Positions 40,937 through 49,899 of a stretch of 64,000 nt of DNA are shown here, piece after piece. Under the pieces are notes generated by a model. The model searched no databases. It was not told the DNA's origin and saw only the letters and a program-made list of their open reading frames with translations. The stretch comes from an uncultured delta proteobacterium (GTDB lineage Bacteria; Desulfobacterota; Syntrophia; Syntrophales; UBA5619), in NCBI GenBank assembly GCA_963817385.1, contig CAWFOM010000001.1, positions 288,001 to 352,000 of the forward strand, read 5' to 3'. The stretch's first letter is position 1, and each line of letters begins with the position of its first letter. A program made the position numbers and the translations under genes.

Positions 40937-41745
40937 CTCTTCTCCAAATCACACACCGTAACCGCATCCTGCTCGTCGCGGAGTTCTTTGATGGACGGCG
41001 CCTCACCGCATATCGGACATTGAGGATTTCTGTCGATGCGGACTTCATTGAAACGCATCTGCAAGGCGTTGTAGATCAGAAGCCTCCCCGTAAGCAACTC
41101 CCCCTTCCCCAGGAGAAACTTGATCGCTTCGGTCGCCTGGATGATGCCAAGTACACCGGGCAAGACACCGATCACCCCGGCCTGGGAGCAGGTGGGGATG
41201 GCGTCCTTCGGCGGCGGAGCGGGAAAGATACAGCGGTAACAGGCTGATTCACCAGGCCTGACCGTAATCGTCTGTCCGTCGAACCGGAGGATGCCCGCGT
41301 GGGAATAGGGTTTCCCGGCCAGGACGCAGGCATCATTGATGAGAAACTTGGCGGCAAAGTTGTCCGTACCGTCAACAACGAAATCGTAACCTCCTATAAT
41401 CCCCATGATATTGCCTGCATGGGCCCACTCCTCATAGGTATTGACCTTGATCCCCGGATTGATGGCCTCCATCTTTTCCCTTGCCGAAACCACCTTCGCC
41501 CGACCGATATCGGGCGTAAAGTGAATCACCTGACGCTGAAGATTGGTGAGATCCACGGCATCGGCATCGACCAGGCCGATCGTGCCGACCCCGGCCGCCG
41601 CCAGGTAGAGAGCGGCGGGAGCCCCCAGGCCGCCCGCCCCGATAATCAGCACCCGGCCGTCCAGAAGTTTCTGCTGCCCTTTTCCACCAACCTCTTTCAA
41701 GGCAATGTGACGCTGGTACCGTTCGATCTGTTCGTCCGTCAACAT
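40933..41745 (-). CDS. MoeB/ThiF family adenylyltransferase
   Basis: GAGGLG, NLQRQ, DGTDNF, CYRC and CPIC motifs. Confidence 0.93.
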   Translation of the reverse strand: MLTDEQIERYQRHIALKEVGGKGQQKLLDGRVLIIGAGGLGAPAALYLAAAGVGTIGLVDADAVDLTNLQRQVIHFTPDIGRAKVVSAREKMEAINPGIKVNTYEEWAHAGNIMGIIGGYDFVVDGTDNFAAKFLINDACVLAGKPYSHAGILRFDGQTITVRPGESACYRCIFPAPPPKDAIPTCSQAGVIGVLPGVLGIIQATEAIKFLLGKGELLTGRLLIYNALQMRFNEVRIDRNPQCPICGEAPSIKELRDEQDAVTVCDLEKR

Positions 41746-41960
41746 GATCCCCTGCCTCCGCCCATAAAATAGAGAAATTCAACCTCGTCACCGTCCCTGA
41801 CGATAATGGTGTCGAAGTTTATTCGCTCCATGATATCACCGTTGAGCTCGACCGTCACATACAAAGGATCTTCCACGTTCAATTCATCCAGAATTCCGGA
41901 AATGGAGAGTGACACTTTATCGGCGATAACCGTCTTTTTGCCGTTTACGGTTAGATTCAT
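41739..41960 (-). CDS. ThiS-like sulfur carrier protein with a C-terminal extension
   Basis: MNLTVNG...VELNG...DEVEFLYFMGGG-RGSC. Confidence 0.9.
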   Translation of the reverse strand: MNLTVNGKKTVIADKVSLSISGILDELNVEDPLYVTVELNGDIMERINFDTIIVRDGDEVEFLYFMGGGRGSC

Positions 41961-42012
41961 CTTTGTCTCCTTCATGATCAACCTCTGTTTCTCCCTGCTC
42001 CTTCGCGAAATA

Positions 42013-42119
42013 TTAAATGATATCGATATCGACATTAAGCTCAATCCATACGGAAACCCTCACCAACTCTTCAGCACCTTGTTTTTAGTATCACAGGGAG
42101 ATCCTGATCTTGTTCCCAT
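42013..42119 (-). pseudogene. Scar of a MetY/Cys-Met PLP enzyme gene
   Basis: ELVRVSVWIE at 42040-42069 resembles the family C-terminal LVRLSVGIE motif; ATG at 42119. Confidence 0.5.
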
Positions 42120-42177
42120 TGCCTGCCCTCGAAAAACCTTTTTCGATCTAAATTATGCCGAAACGTTATTCACCACA

Positions 42178-42222
42178 ATATCCATTGGAATAGTAGGTAA
42201 TATATCAAATGCACTTTGTCAA
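42178..42222 (-). promoter_or_regulatory. Candidate promoter and Rrf2-type operator for the sulfur cluster
   Basis: TTGACA on the minus strand followed by the imperfect palindrome TACCTACTATTCCAATGGATA. Confidence 0.35.
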
Positions 42223-42615
42223 GGAATTTTTTTGACCCGCCACAACCAACCAGAAATAACGAGGAACCGATGGCCAGCATTTCAACCAGCATTGGACACA
42301 CTTTTATATATTTTTTCACCTTCATTCTCCATTATAATTAATGGATATCCTCTGAACCATACGTCGCACCAAAATCGCTGATTTCGCAACGACCTTCCCG
42401 CACAGGATGCAACGGCTGATCCGTTGCTTGAATCTGCCAGCGAACACATTCCCCGCTGATTGACGCGGAGAGCGTCAAGAGAAGCGGTTCATTTTTGTTG
42501 ACAAGTTCCGTTGAGTAAGTTATCGAAGTACAACACAAAGTGTCCACCAGGGAAACCGTTTCGAAAGCGGACCCGTTACTATTCGCCATATGGCGCCAAT
42601 CACAGGAGTTCTGGT

Positions 42616-43455
42616 ATGGCACTTGATGCTGACGTTCAGAACAGTAAGGCGAGATGGCAGCTAGGCAGCTTTTTGACAGGGCCGTTTGCTGTTATCGGCA
42701 GGGCGGCGGTCAGCTGGGTTGACAATTTAGGCGCCTCAGCCATTTTTCTTCTTTTGGCGTTCCTGAAGATCGTGCGATCCAAACAGCTCATGAAGATCGT
42801 CCAGCAGGTCTATTATATCGGGGCAAGATCTTCAATGATCATCATGCTCGTCAGTTTTTTCACCGGCATGGTGCTGGGCCTTCAATCCTACCATGCCCTG
42901 GTTAAATTCGGCGCGCAAGGGGCTCTCGGCACCCTGGTGGCCCTGACCCTGGTTCGGGAATTGGGGCCGGTTCTCACGGCGATCATGATTGCCGCCAGAG
43001 CCGGGTCGGCTATCACCGCAGAGATCGGCATTCAACGCATCTCCGAACAGATTGACGCCCTGGACACCATGCGCATTGATCCGCTCAAATATCTCATCAG
43101 CCCGAGAATCGCCGCTTCGATCATCAGCTTTCCGTTGCTCACCGCGTTGTTCGACCTCGTCGGCATTATCGGCGGGTACGTCTCGGGCGTGTTGCTCCTG
43201 GGCGCCAATGCCAGCACTTATGTTTATCGTGTTCAGACCAGCATGGACATGAAAGATATCACCGACGGTTTGATCAAGGCGGTTGTTTTTGCCGTCATCG
43301 TTTCCACGGTCTGTTGTTACCAGGGGTATTTTACCCACCTGCGCAGGGACAGCCATGGCGCCAAGGCCGTCGGGCTCTCCACCACCTCTGCCGTTGTGCT
43401 CTCCTGCGTTCTTATCCTGGTGTCGGACTATGTTGTGACATCGCTGCTCATATGA
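42616..43455 (+). CDS. mlaE: MlaE family ABC permease
   Basis: RELGPVLTA...GSAITAEIG...EQIDAL motif. Confidence 0.93.
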   Translation: MALDADVQNSKARWQLGSFLTGPFAVIGRAAVSWVDNLGASAIFLLLAFLKIVRSKQLMKIVQQVYYIGARSSMIIMLVSFFTGMVLGLQSYHALVKFGAQGALGTLVALTLVRELGPVLTAIMIAARAGSAITAEIGIQRISEQIDALDTMRIDPLKYLISPRIAASIISFPLLTALFDLVGIIGGYVSGVLLLGANASTYVYRVQTSMDMKDITDGLIKAVVFAVIVSTVCCYQGYFTHLRRDSHGAKAVGLSTTSAVVLSCVLILVSDYVVTSLLI

Positions 43456-43465
43456 GGAGAGCCCC

Positions 43466-44707
43466 ATGGAAACCCCGTTAATCGAGTTCAAAGATGTCAC
43501 CAAGCGCTTCGGCACCCGAGGCGTCCTTGAACGGGTCAACCTGCAGATCTACGAGGGACAGGTCACTACCATTATCGGCCTGAGCGGTTCGGGCAAGAGT
43601 GTACTCCTCAAGCATATCATCGGGCTGCTCGAGCCGGATGAAGGGACCATTCTCTTCAAGGGCAAACCCCTGAGCGAGATGAAAAAAAGCGAGAGCGCCG
43701 CCAATCTCGCTCAGATAAGCTACATGTTTCAAGACAATGCGCTTTTCGATTCCCTGACCGTCTATGAAAATATTGCCCTTCCCCTTCGGGAGACGACAAA
43801 CCTGAGTAAATCGAAGATCGACAGCCGGGTTATGGCCAGAATCGAACAGACGGAACTTGAGGATGCCGCTCAGAAGTATCCCTCGGAGATCTCCGGCGGC
43901 ATGCAAAAGCGGGCAGCCCTGGCGCGGGCTCTGGTAACGGATCCTCGCATCGTCCTCTTCGATGAGCCTACATCCGGTCAGGACCCGGTCCGGAAAAACG
44001 CCATCCTGAGCATGATTGCCCAGTATCAGCGGAAATTCGGGTTTACGGCGATTATGGTCAGCCATGAGATACCGGATGTCTATTTTATCTCAAACCGCAT
44101 CCTGGCTCTCTATGATCGTTCCATCGTTTTTCAGGGCTCTCCGGAGGAGTTGGAAGATTTCGACCACCCGTTCAAGGATGAGGTTATTCGCAGTCTGGAA
44201 GGGTTGCAGAATGAATTGACGGGTCTGTATTCCAAACGGCAATTCAAGGTGATGCATCATGTTCAGTTGACCCAGAAAACAGACGGAGCAACCTACTGCG
44301 TTGCGGTTCTCTCTCTGAATGATCTGGATGTCATCCGGATGAGCGCAGGCCATGATGCGGCACAGGTGGCCCTACGGAATCTTCGAATCTATATCGATAA
44401 GCACTTCGGCGCCATAGGGGGTTTCTCCACACGCCGCCGCAGCAATGAATTTGTCACGGTACTCCCCTATTCGGATCTGGCGGAAGCGGATAGCATCCTC
44501 CATGATTTTGTCAAGGATTTTCAGGAACGGGGCATTCATGATGTTTGGGCTGGAGCTCGCCGGCAGACTTCGGCGGGGTGTGTCGAATTTGCGGTCATGG
44601 CCGGAATTGCCCAGGGCCAACCGGCCGCCGACATCGATTCCGTCATCGATGCGGCCAAATCTCAACAAAAAGAAATTGCCCGGCTTCGGTGCGACGTGAG
44701 GAGGTAA
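43466..44707 (+). CDS. mlaF: MlaF-type ABC ATPase with a C-terminal degenerate GGDEF-like domain
   Basis: GLSGSGKS, ISGGM and FDEP motifs; then ELTGLYSKR...GHDAA...RRRSNEFVTVL. Confidence 0.85.
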   Translation: METPLIEFKDVTKRFGTRGVLERVNLQIYEGQVTTIIGLSGSGKSVLLKHIIGLLEPDEGTILFKGKPLSEMKKSESAANLAQISYMFQDNALFDSLTVYENIALPLRETTNLSKSKIDSRVMARIEQTELEDAAQKYPSEISGGMQKRAALARALVTDPRIVLFDEPTSGQDPVRKNAILSMIAQYQRKFGFTAIMVSHEIPDVYFISNRILALYDRSIVFQGSPEELEDFDHPFKDEVIRSLEGLQNELTGLYSKRQFKVMHHVQLTQKTDGATYCVAVLSLNDLDVIRMSAGHDAAQVALRNLRIYIDKHFGAIGGFSTRRRSNEFVTVLPYSDLAEADSILHDFVKDFQERGIHDVWAGARRQTSAGCVEFAVMAGIAQGQPAADIDSVIDAAKSQQKEIARLRCDVRR

Positions 44708-44711
44708 GCAG

Positions 44712-45170
44712 ATGAAAAAGTATAGTATGGAGACCACGGTTGGCATTTTTCTCGTTTTCGGACTCCTCTGCGTTGGGTATATGACAGTGAAACTCGGGCA
44801 TGTTTCCCTGCTTGGCGACAACGCCTATTCGCTCTTTGCCCGATTCAGCTCGGTAACCGGCCTGAGGGCCGGCAGCATTATTTATATCTCCGGCATTGAG
44901 GTGGGGCGCGTGGAGAGTCTCACCATGGACCAGGAAAGCCAGAAGGCCGTGGTGGAGATGCGCATCCGCAACGACATCAAGATCTACGATGATGCCATTG
45001 CCTCGATTAAAACGGAGGGACTGATCGGCGATATGCATATGAGCATCGACCCCGGAGGCGCAGGCACACTTCTCAAGCCGGGTGGAACCATTACCGAGAC
45101 GCAACCGCCGGTGGACATCGCAGCTCTCATCAGCAAATATGCCTTCGGAGACGTGAAAAAACAGCAGTAG
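44712..45170 (+). CDS. mlaD: MlaD (MCE domain) protein
   Basis: ETTVGIF, GIEVGRV and IKTEGLIG motifs. Confidence 0.92.
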   Translation: MKKYSMETTVGIFLVFGLLCVGYMTVKLGHVSLLGDNAYSLFARFSSVTGLRAGSIIYISGIEVGRVESLTMDQESQKAVVEMRIRNDIKIYDDAIASIKTEGLIGDMHMSIDPGGAGTLLKPGGTITETQPPVDIAALISKYAFGDVKKQQ

Positions 45171-45197
45171 TATAAGTTCAATTCAGAGAGGTACGTT

Positions 45198-45791
45198 ATG
45201 AAAAGAGCGATCGTTGCAGTGAACATCGTCATACTCGTGCTGTTTTCTCTTCCGGTATATGCCGGTCCGCCGTTGGACGCGGTTCAGGCCAACGTCAATA
45301 AAGTGCTTGAGGTGTTGCGCGATCCGAAGCTCAAAGCTGCGTCGGCCAAAGAGATCGAGAAAGAAAAACTGCGGCTTATCTATGAACGCATGTTTGATGA
45401 TGTCGAACTTTCGAAGCGCACGTTGGCCAGAAACTGGAACAGCTTGAACGTCGCCCAGCGGCAGGAGTTCGTCGTACTTTTTCGTCAGGTCCTGGAAAAG
45501 GCCTACATCGACAAAATCCTTGCCTATACCGACGAGAAAATTGTCTTTGAGCGGGAGAACATGGTCTCGGAAACCCAGGCCGAGATTCAAACAAAAGTCA
45601 TTACCTCCTCAAAGGAGATTCCAATCTTCTACCGGGTGATTGTGAAGGACGGCGTCTGGAAGGTATATGATGTTGTTATCGAGAACGTGAGCCTGGTTCT
45701 GAATTATCGCACTCAGTTTAATGACATCCTGGCAAAAAATACACCCGAGCAGCTGCTGGAGATCCTGCGAAAGAAAGTGAAGGGGCAATAG
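45198..45791 (+). CDS. mlaC: MlaC/Ttg2D periplasmic lipid shuttle
   Basis: WKVYDVVIENVSLVLNYRTQF motif. Confidence 0.92.
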   Translation: MKRAIVAVNIVILVLFSLPVYAGPPLDAVQANVNKVLEVLRDPKLKAASAKEIEKEKLRLIYERMFDDVELSKRTLARNWNSLNVAQRQEFVVLFRQVLEKAYIDKILAYTDEKIVFERENMVSETQAEIQTKVITSSKEIPIFYRVIVKDGVWKVYDVVIENVSLVLNYRTQFNDILAKNTPEQLLEILRKKVKGQ

Positions 45792-45845
45792 GAACCCACA
45801 AGGATGGCGCCAAAGGGACTCTGAGGAGCTGGCGGGATTCATGTT

Positions 45846-45961
45846 GAAGCTCTCCGCAGCAAGCTGCGGAGAATCTTCGATCCGTTAGAGGAGTTAACCA
45901 CTCCGTTTATGCTCGTTTACCCCGCGGCAAGCCGCGGAGAATGCGCTCGCGGACGGATTCA
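45846..45961 (+). repeat. About 115-bp palindrome-rich repeat, copy A
   Basis: GAAGCTCTCCGCAGCAAGCTGCGGAGAATCTTCGATCC...CCGCGGCAAGCCGCGG...GACGGATTCA; inverted copy at 46910-47023. Confidence 0.85.
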
Positions 45962-46009
45962 CCATCATCGCCCATAAATGACAAAGAAGGCGGAAGGGTG
46001 GTTCATGTT

Positions 46010-46912
46010 ATGAAAACTTACTCATTTCCCGTTCTCCTGTTCGTTTTTTTCGCGGCAGGTTGTGCTCACGGTCCTGATCCCGCCCCTTCCCCCGCATCGC
46101 CGGCTGCGTCTTCGCAGGCCCGGCAGACCATTGTTGTCTCCGATCCGGTGCAGGTTCCCGCTCCTTCCCCCGAGATGCAGGTCAAATCCGAAACCAAGAG
46201 CGTCGTCGATGACTATGCGGATATCGATGTTTCCGAGAAGGCAAGCGAGGAGGCAAGGCCTGAGATTGCCGACCCCCTGGAGCCCTTCAACCGGGCCATG
46301 TATCACTTCAACGACAAACTTTACTTCTGGGTGCTCAAGCCGGTCGCGCAGGGATATGGGAAGGTTGTCCCCGAGGCCGCGCGGATCAGTGTAGGGAATT
46401 TCTTTTCAAACCTTGCCTTCCCGATCCGTTTCGTCAATTGCCTGCTCCAGGCGAACTTCGAGGGAGCGGCCACGGAACTCGGCCGCTTCACGGTAAACAC
46501 CCTGTGGGGTATCGGGGGGATAATGGATCCCGCCGCGAGTAAGGATATCAATCTCTTGAAACAGGATGAGGACTTTGGTCAAACCTTGGGCGCCTATGGA
46601 TTGGGGCAGGGTTTCTTCATCAATTGGCCCGTGTTCGGGCCTTCCAGCCCTCGCGATACGGTGGGGCTGGTCGGCGATGGATTCCTCACCCCTTCCAACT
46701 ATCTCAGCCCCTGGTATGCCTCAACGGGAGCCTGGGGGTATGAAAAAGTGAATGACACCTCCCTGAAGATCGGCGACTACGAGTCCCTCAAAGAGGCCGC
46801 TATCGATCCCTACGTGGCGATCCGCGATGCCTATGTCCAATATCGGCTGAAGCAGGTAAACCGGAAGGGCGGGAGCGCGCCCGCGGAAGATTCCGGATTA
46901 CCGAAAAAATGA
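46010..46912 (+). CDS. mlaA: MlaA/VacJ lipoprotein
   Basis: Lipobox AAGC; DPLEPFNR, EDFGQTLG and GPS..RD motifs. Confidence 0.93.
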   Translation: MKTYSFPVLLFVFFAAGCAHGPDPAPSPASPAASSQARQTIVVSDPVQVPAPSPEMQVKSETKSVVDDYADIDVSEKASEEARPEIADPLEPFNRAMYHFNDKLYFWVLKPVAQGYGKVVPEAARISVGNFFSNLAFPIRFVNCLLQANFEGAATELGRFTVNTLWGIGGIMDPAASKDINLLKQDEDFGQTLGAYGLGQGFFINWPVFGPSSPRDTVGLVGDGFLTPSNYLSPWYASTGAWGYEKVNDTSLKIGDYESLKEAAIDPYVAIRDAYVQYRLKQVNRKGGSAPAEDSGLPKK

Positions 46913-47023
46913 ATCCGTCGGCAAGCACAGTGCCCGCGGTTGCCGCGGGGTAGCGAGTAAAAACAAAATGGTTTGTTCCTCTTAAGGATCGAAGATTCTC
47001 CGCAGCTTGCTGCGGAGAGCTTC
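46910..47023 (-). repeat. About 115-bp palindrome-rich repeat, copy B (inverted)
   Basis: Reverse complement starts with the same 38 nt as copy A and ends GACGGATTCA. Confidence 0.85.
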
Positions 47024-47043
47024 CATAAGAAGGATGCGTTCAT

Positions 47044-47826
47044 ATGAAAAGTCTTCATGTCATCGTAGCTATCGTATTCGTCATCCTGATTGCCCCGCAA
47101 AGTACGGCTGCGGCCGGACTCTTCGGGCCGCCCGAACCCATTGCAAAAGAGGCGGGGGGATTGCATACCGGCATCGGATATTGGTTTCATGAGGATACCT
47201 ATAAAAATGGCGTGGAGCAGGTGACCCGGCAGAATCAGGTCTATTCGGAGTTGGGTTACGGATCGAGGAATGGTTGGGAAATCACCGCCAGAGTCGGGAT
47301 GTCGGATTTAACATGTATCGATGCCTTCAATTCCTCGACCGCTTCGACGGCCACGTCCCGGAAGGATTTTGAAGAACACGGGAAATTTTTTGGCACGGCA
47401 GGGGCAAAGGGGTTTTATCCTTTCAACAGGACATTCGGCATGGGGGCATTTATCCAGGGGACCTATTACTTCAGTGACTTCACCGATACCGTTTCGGGAA
47501 CTCGAAACGGCGTACCCTTTTCGGTCGAACTCCGGGTAAAGAATTTATGGGAGATGAATTTCGGCATGGGCTTTCAGGTCACCGTCCCCTATGGTATAAA
47601 GATGTATATCGGACCCCACGTCCATTACTCGGAATTAACGGTATCGCCATCCGCGGACGTCGCCGGTGTTGCATTCGCATCGGGGGAGTCGACCATGAAA
47701 AACAAGACGGGGCTCGGAGGATTTGCCGGGATCGAGGTACCACTGGCAAAGGGATTCCGTCTGAATCTGGAAGGGCAGTATACCGAGAGGTTGTCCGCCG
47801 GGGCTGCCGTCATCTATGTATACTAA
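47044..47826 (+). CDS. Predicted outer-membrane beta-barrel protein
   Basis: Signal peptide, alternating G/Y/F strands and a terminal aromatic (IYVY). Confidence 0.7.
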   Translation: MKSLHVIVAIVFVILIAPQSTAAAGLFGPPEPIAKEAGGLHTGIGYWFHEDTYKNGVEQVTRQNQVYSELGYGSRNGWEITARVGMSDLTCIDAFNSSTASTATSRKDFEEHGKFFGTAGAKGFYPFNRTFGMGAFIQGTYYFSDFTDTVSGTRNGVPFSVELRVKNLWEMNFGMGFQVTVPYGIKMYIGPHVHYSELTVSPSADVAGVAFASGESTMKNKTGLGGFAGIEVPLAKGFRLNLEGQYTERLSAGAAVIYVY

Positions 47827-48069
47827 CGCGTGGAAACCGTGACCGGTCAGTTCCGCGCTTTTCCCTCGCCCTGACCCGGCAATGCTTCAATCCTGCGTCG
47901 TCGATCCTGACCCTTCGGCATTCCCCGGAAAAATCGAACTGAATGACAGCCCTGGTTCACTTTTTCTGTCTTGCAGGATGGGCTGCCGGACAATGGCCAT
48001 GTCGTCAAGGATGGCCGATATCTCCTCCGGCATATTTGTGAAGCTGACCCGCAGAGCCTGAAAAAAAGC

Positions 48070-48097
48070 TTGACATATTGTGTTTTGTGTACAATAT
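48070..48097 (+). promoter_or_regulatory. Promoter region with a candidate GntR/FCD operator
   Basis: TTGACA at 48070; near-palindrome TTGTGTACAA at 48085-48094; a gntR gene lies in the cluster. Confidence 0.5.
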
Positions 48098-48272
48098 CCA
48101 AAAATAATGTGTATGCATGATGAGAGTGGGTTGCGCATGGGTGACAATAGAGACTCATCGTGAGTGATCAGGACGTTTATCGTCTCCTGAGCGATTCAGC
48201 ATGACGGGCGTGATCGTATGGGCAATGGCGGGGATTCTTCCCGCCAAATTTACTCTTGAAAGGAGCAGTTAG

Positions 48273-49292
48273 ATGAAGAAACAATTAGCTGTACGAAGTG
48301 TTATTCGCATGGTGCTTCTCGTTGGGGCAATCGGTATGCTGTCGCACACAGCGGCGCTGACGGGTTATGCCGCAGGCGCGCAATACCCTGCCAAGCCGAT
48401 CCTTTTCGTCGTGCCTTACGCGCCGGGTGGCGGCACCGACATCATGGTGCGCGTGATCGACAGGGTCGGCACCCAGCTCAAGGTTCTTCCGCAGCCGCTG
48501 GTGATCGAGAACAAGAGCGGGGGGAGCGGCGTGGTCGGAAAATCGTACGCCAAGACGAGGCCTGCCGACGGCTATACGATCACCTGCGCGGATGACAGCA
48601 GCACCGTGGTCGATCTCTTCGGCAACGCACCCTGGCCCTACAACGACTTTACATATATCGCCAAGCTGAACCGGGATTACCAGATGATCGTTGTCCGCAC
48701 GGACTCTCCCTACAAGACGCTGAAGGATCTCGTAGCGGCAGCCAAAGCCCAGCCCAATATAATCAAGATTGGCGGCACCGGCGTTTCGCAGATCGATGTT
48801 CTTCACGTGGCTATGTTCGAAAAGGCAAGCGGAGTCAAGTTCAACTATATCGGCTTCGACAGCGGTGGTCAGGTCATCACCAACCTCCTGGGCGGCCACA
48901 TCGATACCGCCATCGCCAATCCCGGCGAGGCTTACGAGCAGCTGCGCGCCGGAAAGGTGAGGTCGCTTGGCGTCTCCTCCGAAAAACGCCTCGGTTTCGA
49001 CTCCGCGGTATTCAAAGACGTTCCAACATGGAAAGAAGCCGGCGTCAACCTCTCTCTCTCTCAGTGGCGTGGCGTTGCAGGGCCGAAGGGAATGGCCAAG
49101 GAGCAGGTGGACTGGCTGACCGGCGCCCTGAAAAAGATCACCGACAGCAAGGAATGGCATGAGCAGTATCTCGACAAGTTTCTCCAGGTGGGTGTGTTCG
49201 TGTCGGGGGCCGACATGCAAAAGGAAGCTGAGGAAGAATACGCGGTCTACAAGACGATTATGGAAGGGGCCGGCCTTCTCAAGAAAAAATAA
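48273..49292 (+). CDS. tctC: Tripartite tricarboxylate transporter substrate-binding protein 1
   Basis: VPYAPGGGTD, ENKSGGSG, LLGGHID and WRG motifs. Confidence 0.92.
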   Translation: MKKQLAVRSVIRMVLLVGAIGMLSHTAALTGYAAGAQYPAKPILFVVPYAPGGGTDIMVRVIDRVGTQLKVLPQPLVIENKSGGSGVVGKSYAKTRPADGYTITCADDSSTVVDLFGNAPWPYNDFTYIAKLNRDYQMIVVRTDSPYKTLKDLVAAAKAQPNIIKIGGTGVSQIDVLHVAMFEKASGVKFNYIGFDSGGQVITNLLGGHIDTAIANPGEAYEQLRAGKVRSLGVSSEKRLGFDSAVFKDVPTWKEAGVNLSLSQWRGVAGPKGMAKEQVDWLTGALKKITDSKEWHEQYLDKFLQVGVFVSGADMQKEAEEEYAVYKTIMEGAGLLKKK

Positions 49293-49307
49293 TAACAAGT
49301 TTGGCTG

Positions 49308-49342
49308 GCGTGGGCGCAGGTTTGAGACATCTGCGCTCACGC
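49308..49342 (+). other. REP-like hairpin between tctC and tctB
   Basis: GCGTGGGCGCAGGT...ATCTGCGCTCACGC, 14-bp stem with G-T pairs. Confidence 0.5.
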
Positions 49343-49364
49343 ATACATAAAGGAGGGCGGAGAG

Positions 49365-49839
49365 ATGACCGCGAGATTAGCCGATACCATCAGCGGCCTG
49401 TTTTTGATTGCCCTTGCCCTTGTTGCGGGGGTGGCTGCGCAATTCCTGCCGACCACTATCGCGAAAGAGTTCGCGGGCCCATCCTTCATGCCGACGTTGC
49501 TCTCGATAGCATTGGCCGTCTGCGGGGCGGGCATCGTTTTTCAGGCCCGCTCCCTGCCCCCGACAAACCGGATGCCTGGCTGGTTCGATGCTGAACGGGC
49601 GGGCGCCATCCGGATCGCCGTGGTGGCCGCTGGCCGTCGCCGCGTACAACCTGCTGCTTGAGCCGCTGGGATATTTGATCGTTACCTTCGCTTTCCTTGT
49701 TTTCATGCTTTTTTACTTGAAGGTGTCATGGTTTCTAAACCTCCTCATAAGTCTTATCGCTACTATCAGCACGTATGCGCTATTCGTCATCTGGCTCAAG
49801 GTTGTGCTTCCGATGGGGCTCTTGGAGTTCTACTTCTAA
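49365..49839 (+). CDS. tctB: TctB small membrane subunit 1; frameshift near 49630
   Basis: GPSFMP, LEPLGY and LFVIWLKVVLP.G motifs; split across two ORFs. Confidence 0.85.
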
Positions 49840-49899
49840 CCTGAGAGTCGTGCCGCGAAACGGGTCCGCAACGGATTAAAAGGAAGGAATGCCCGCGAC

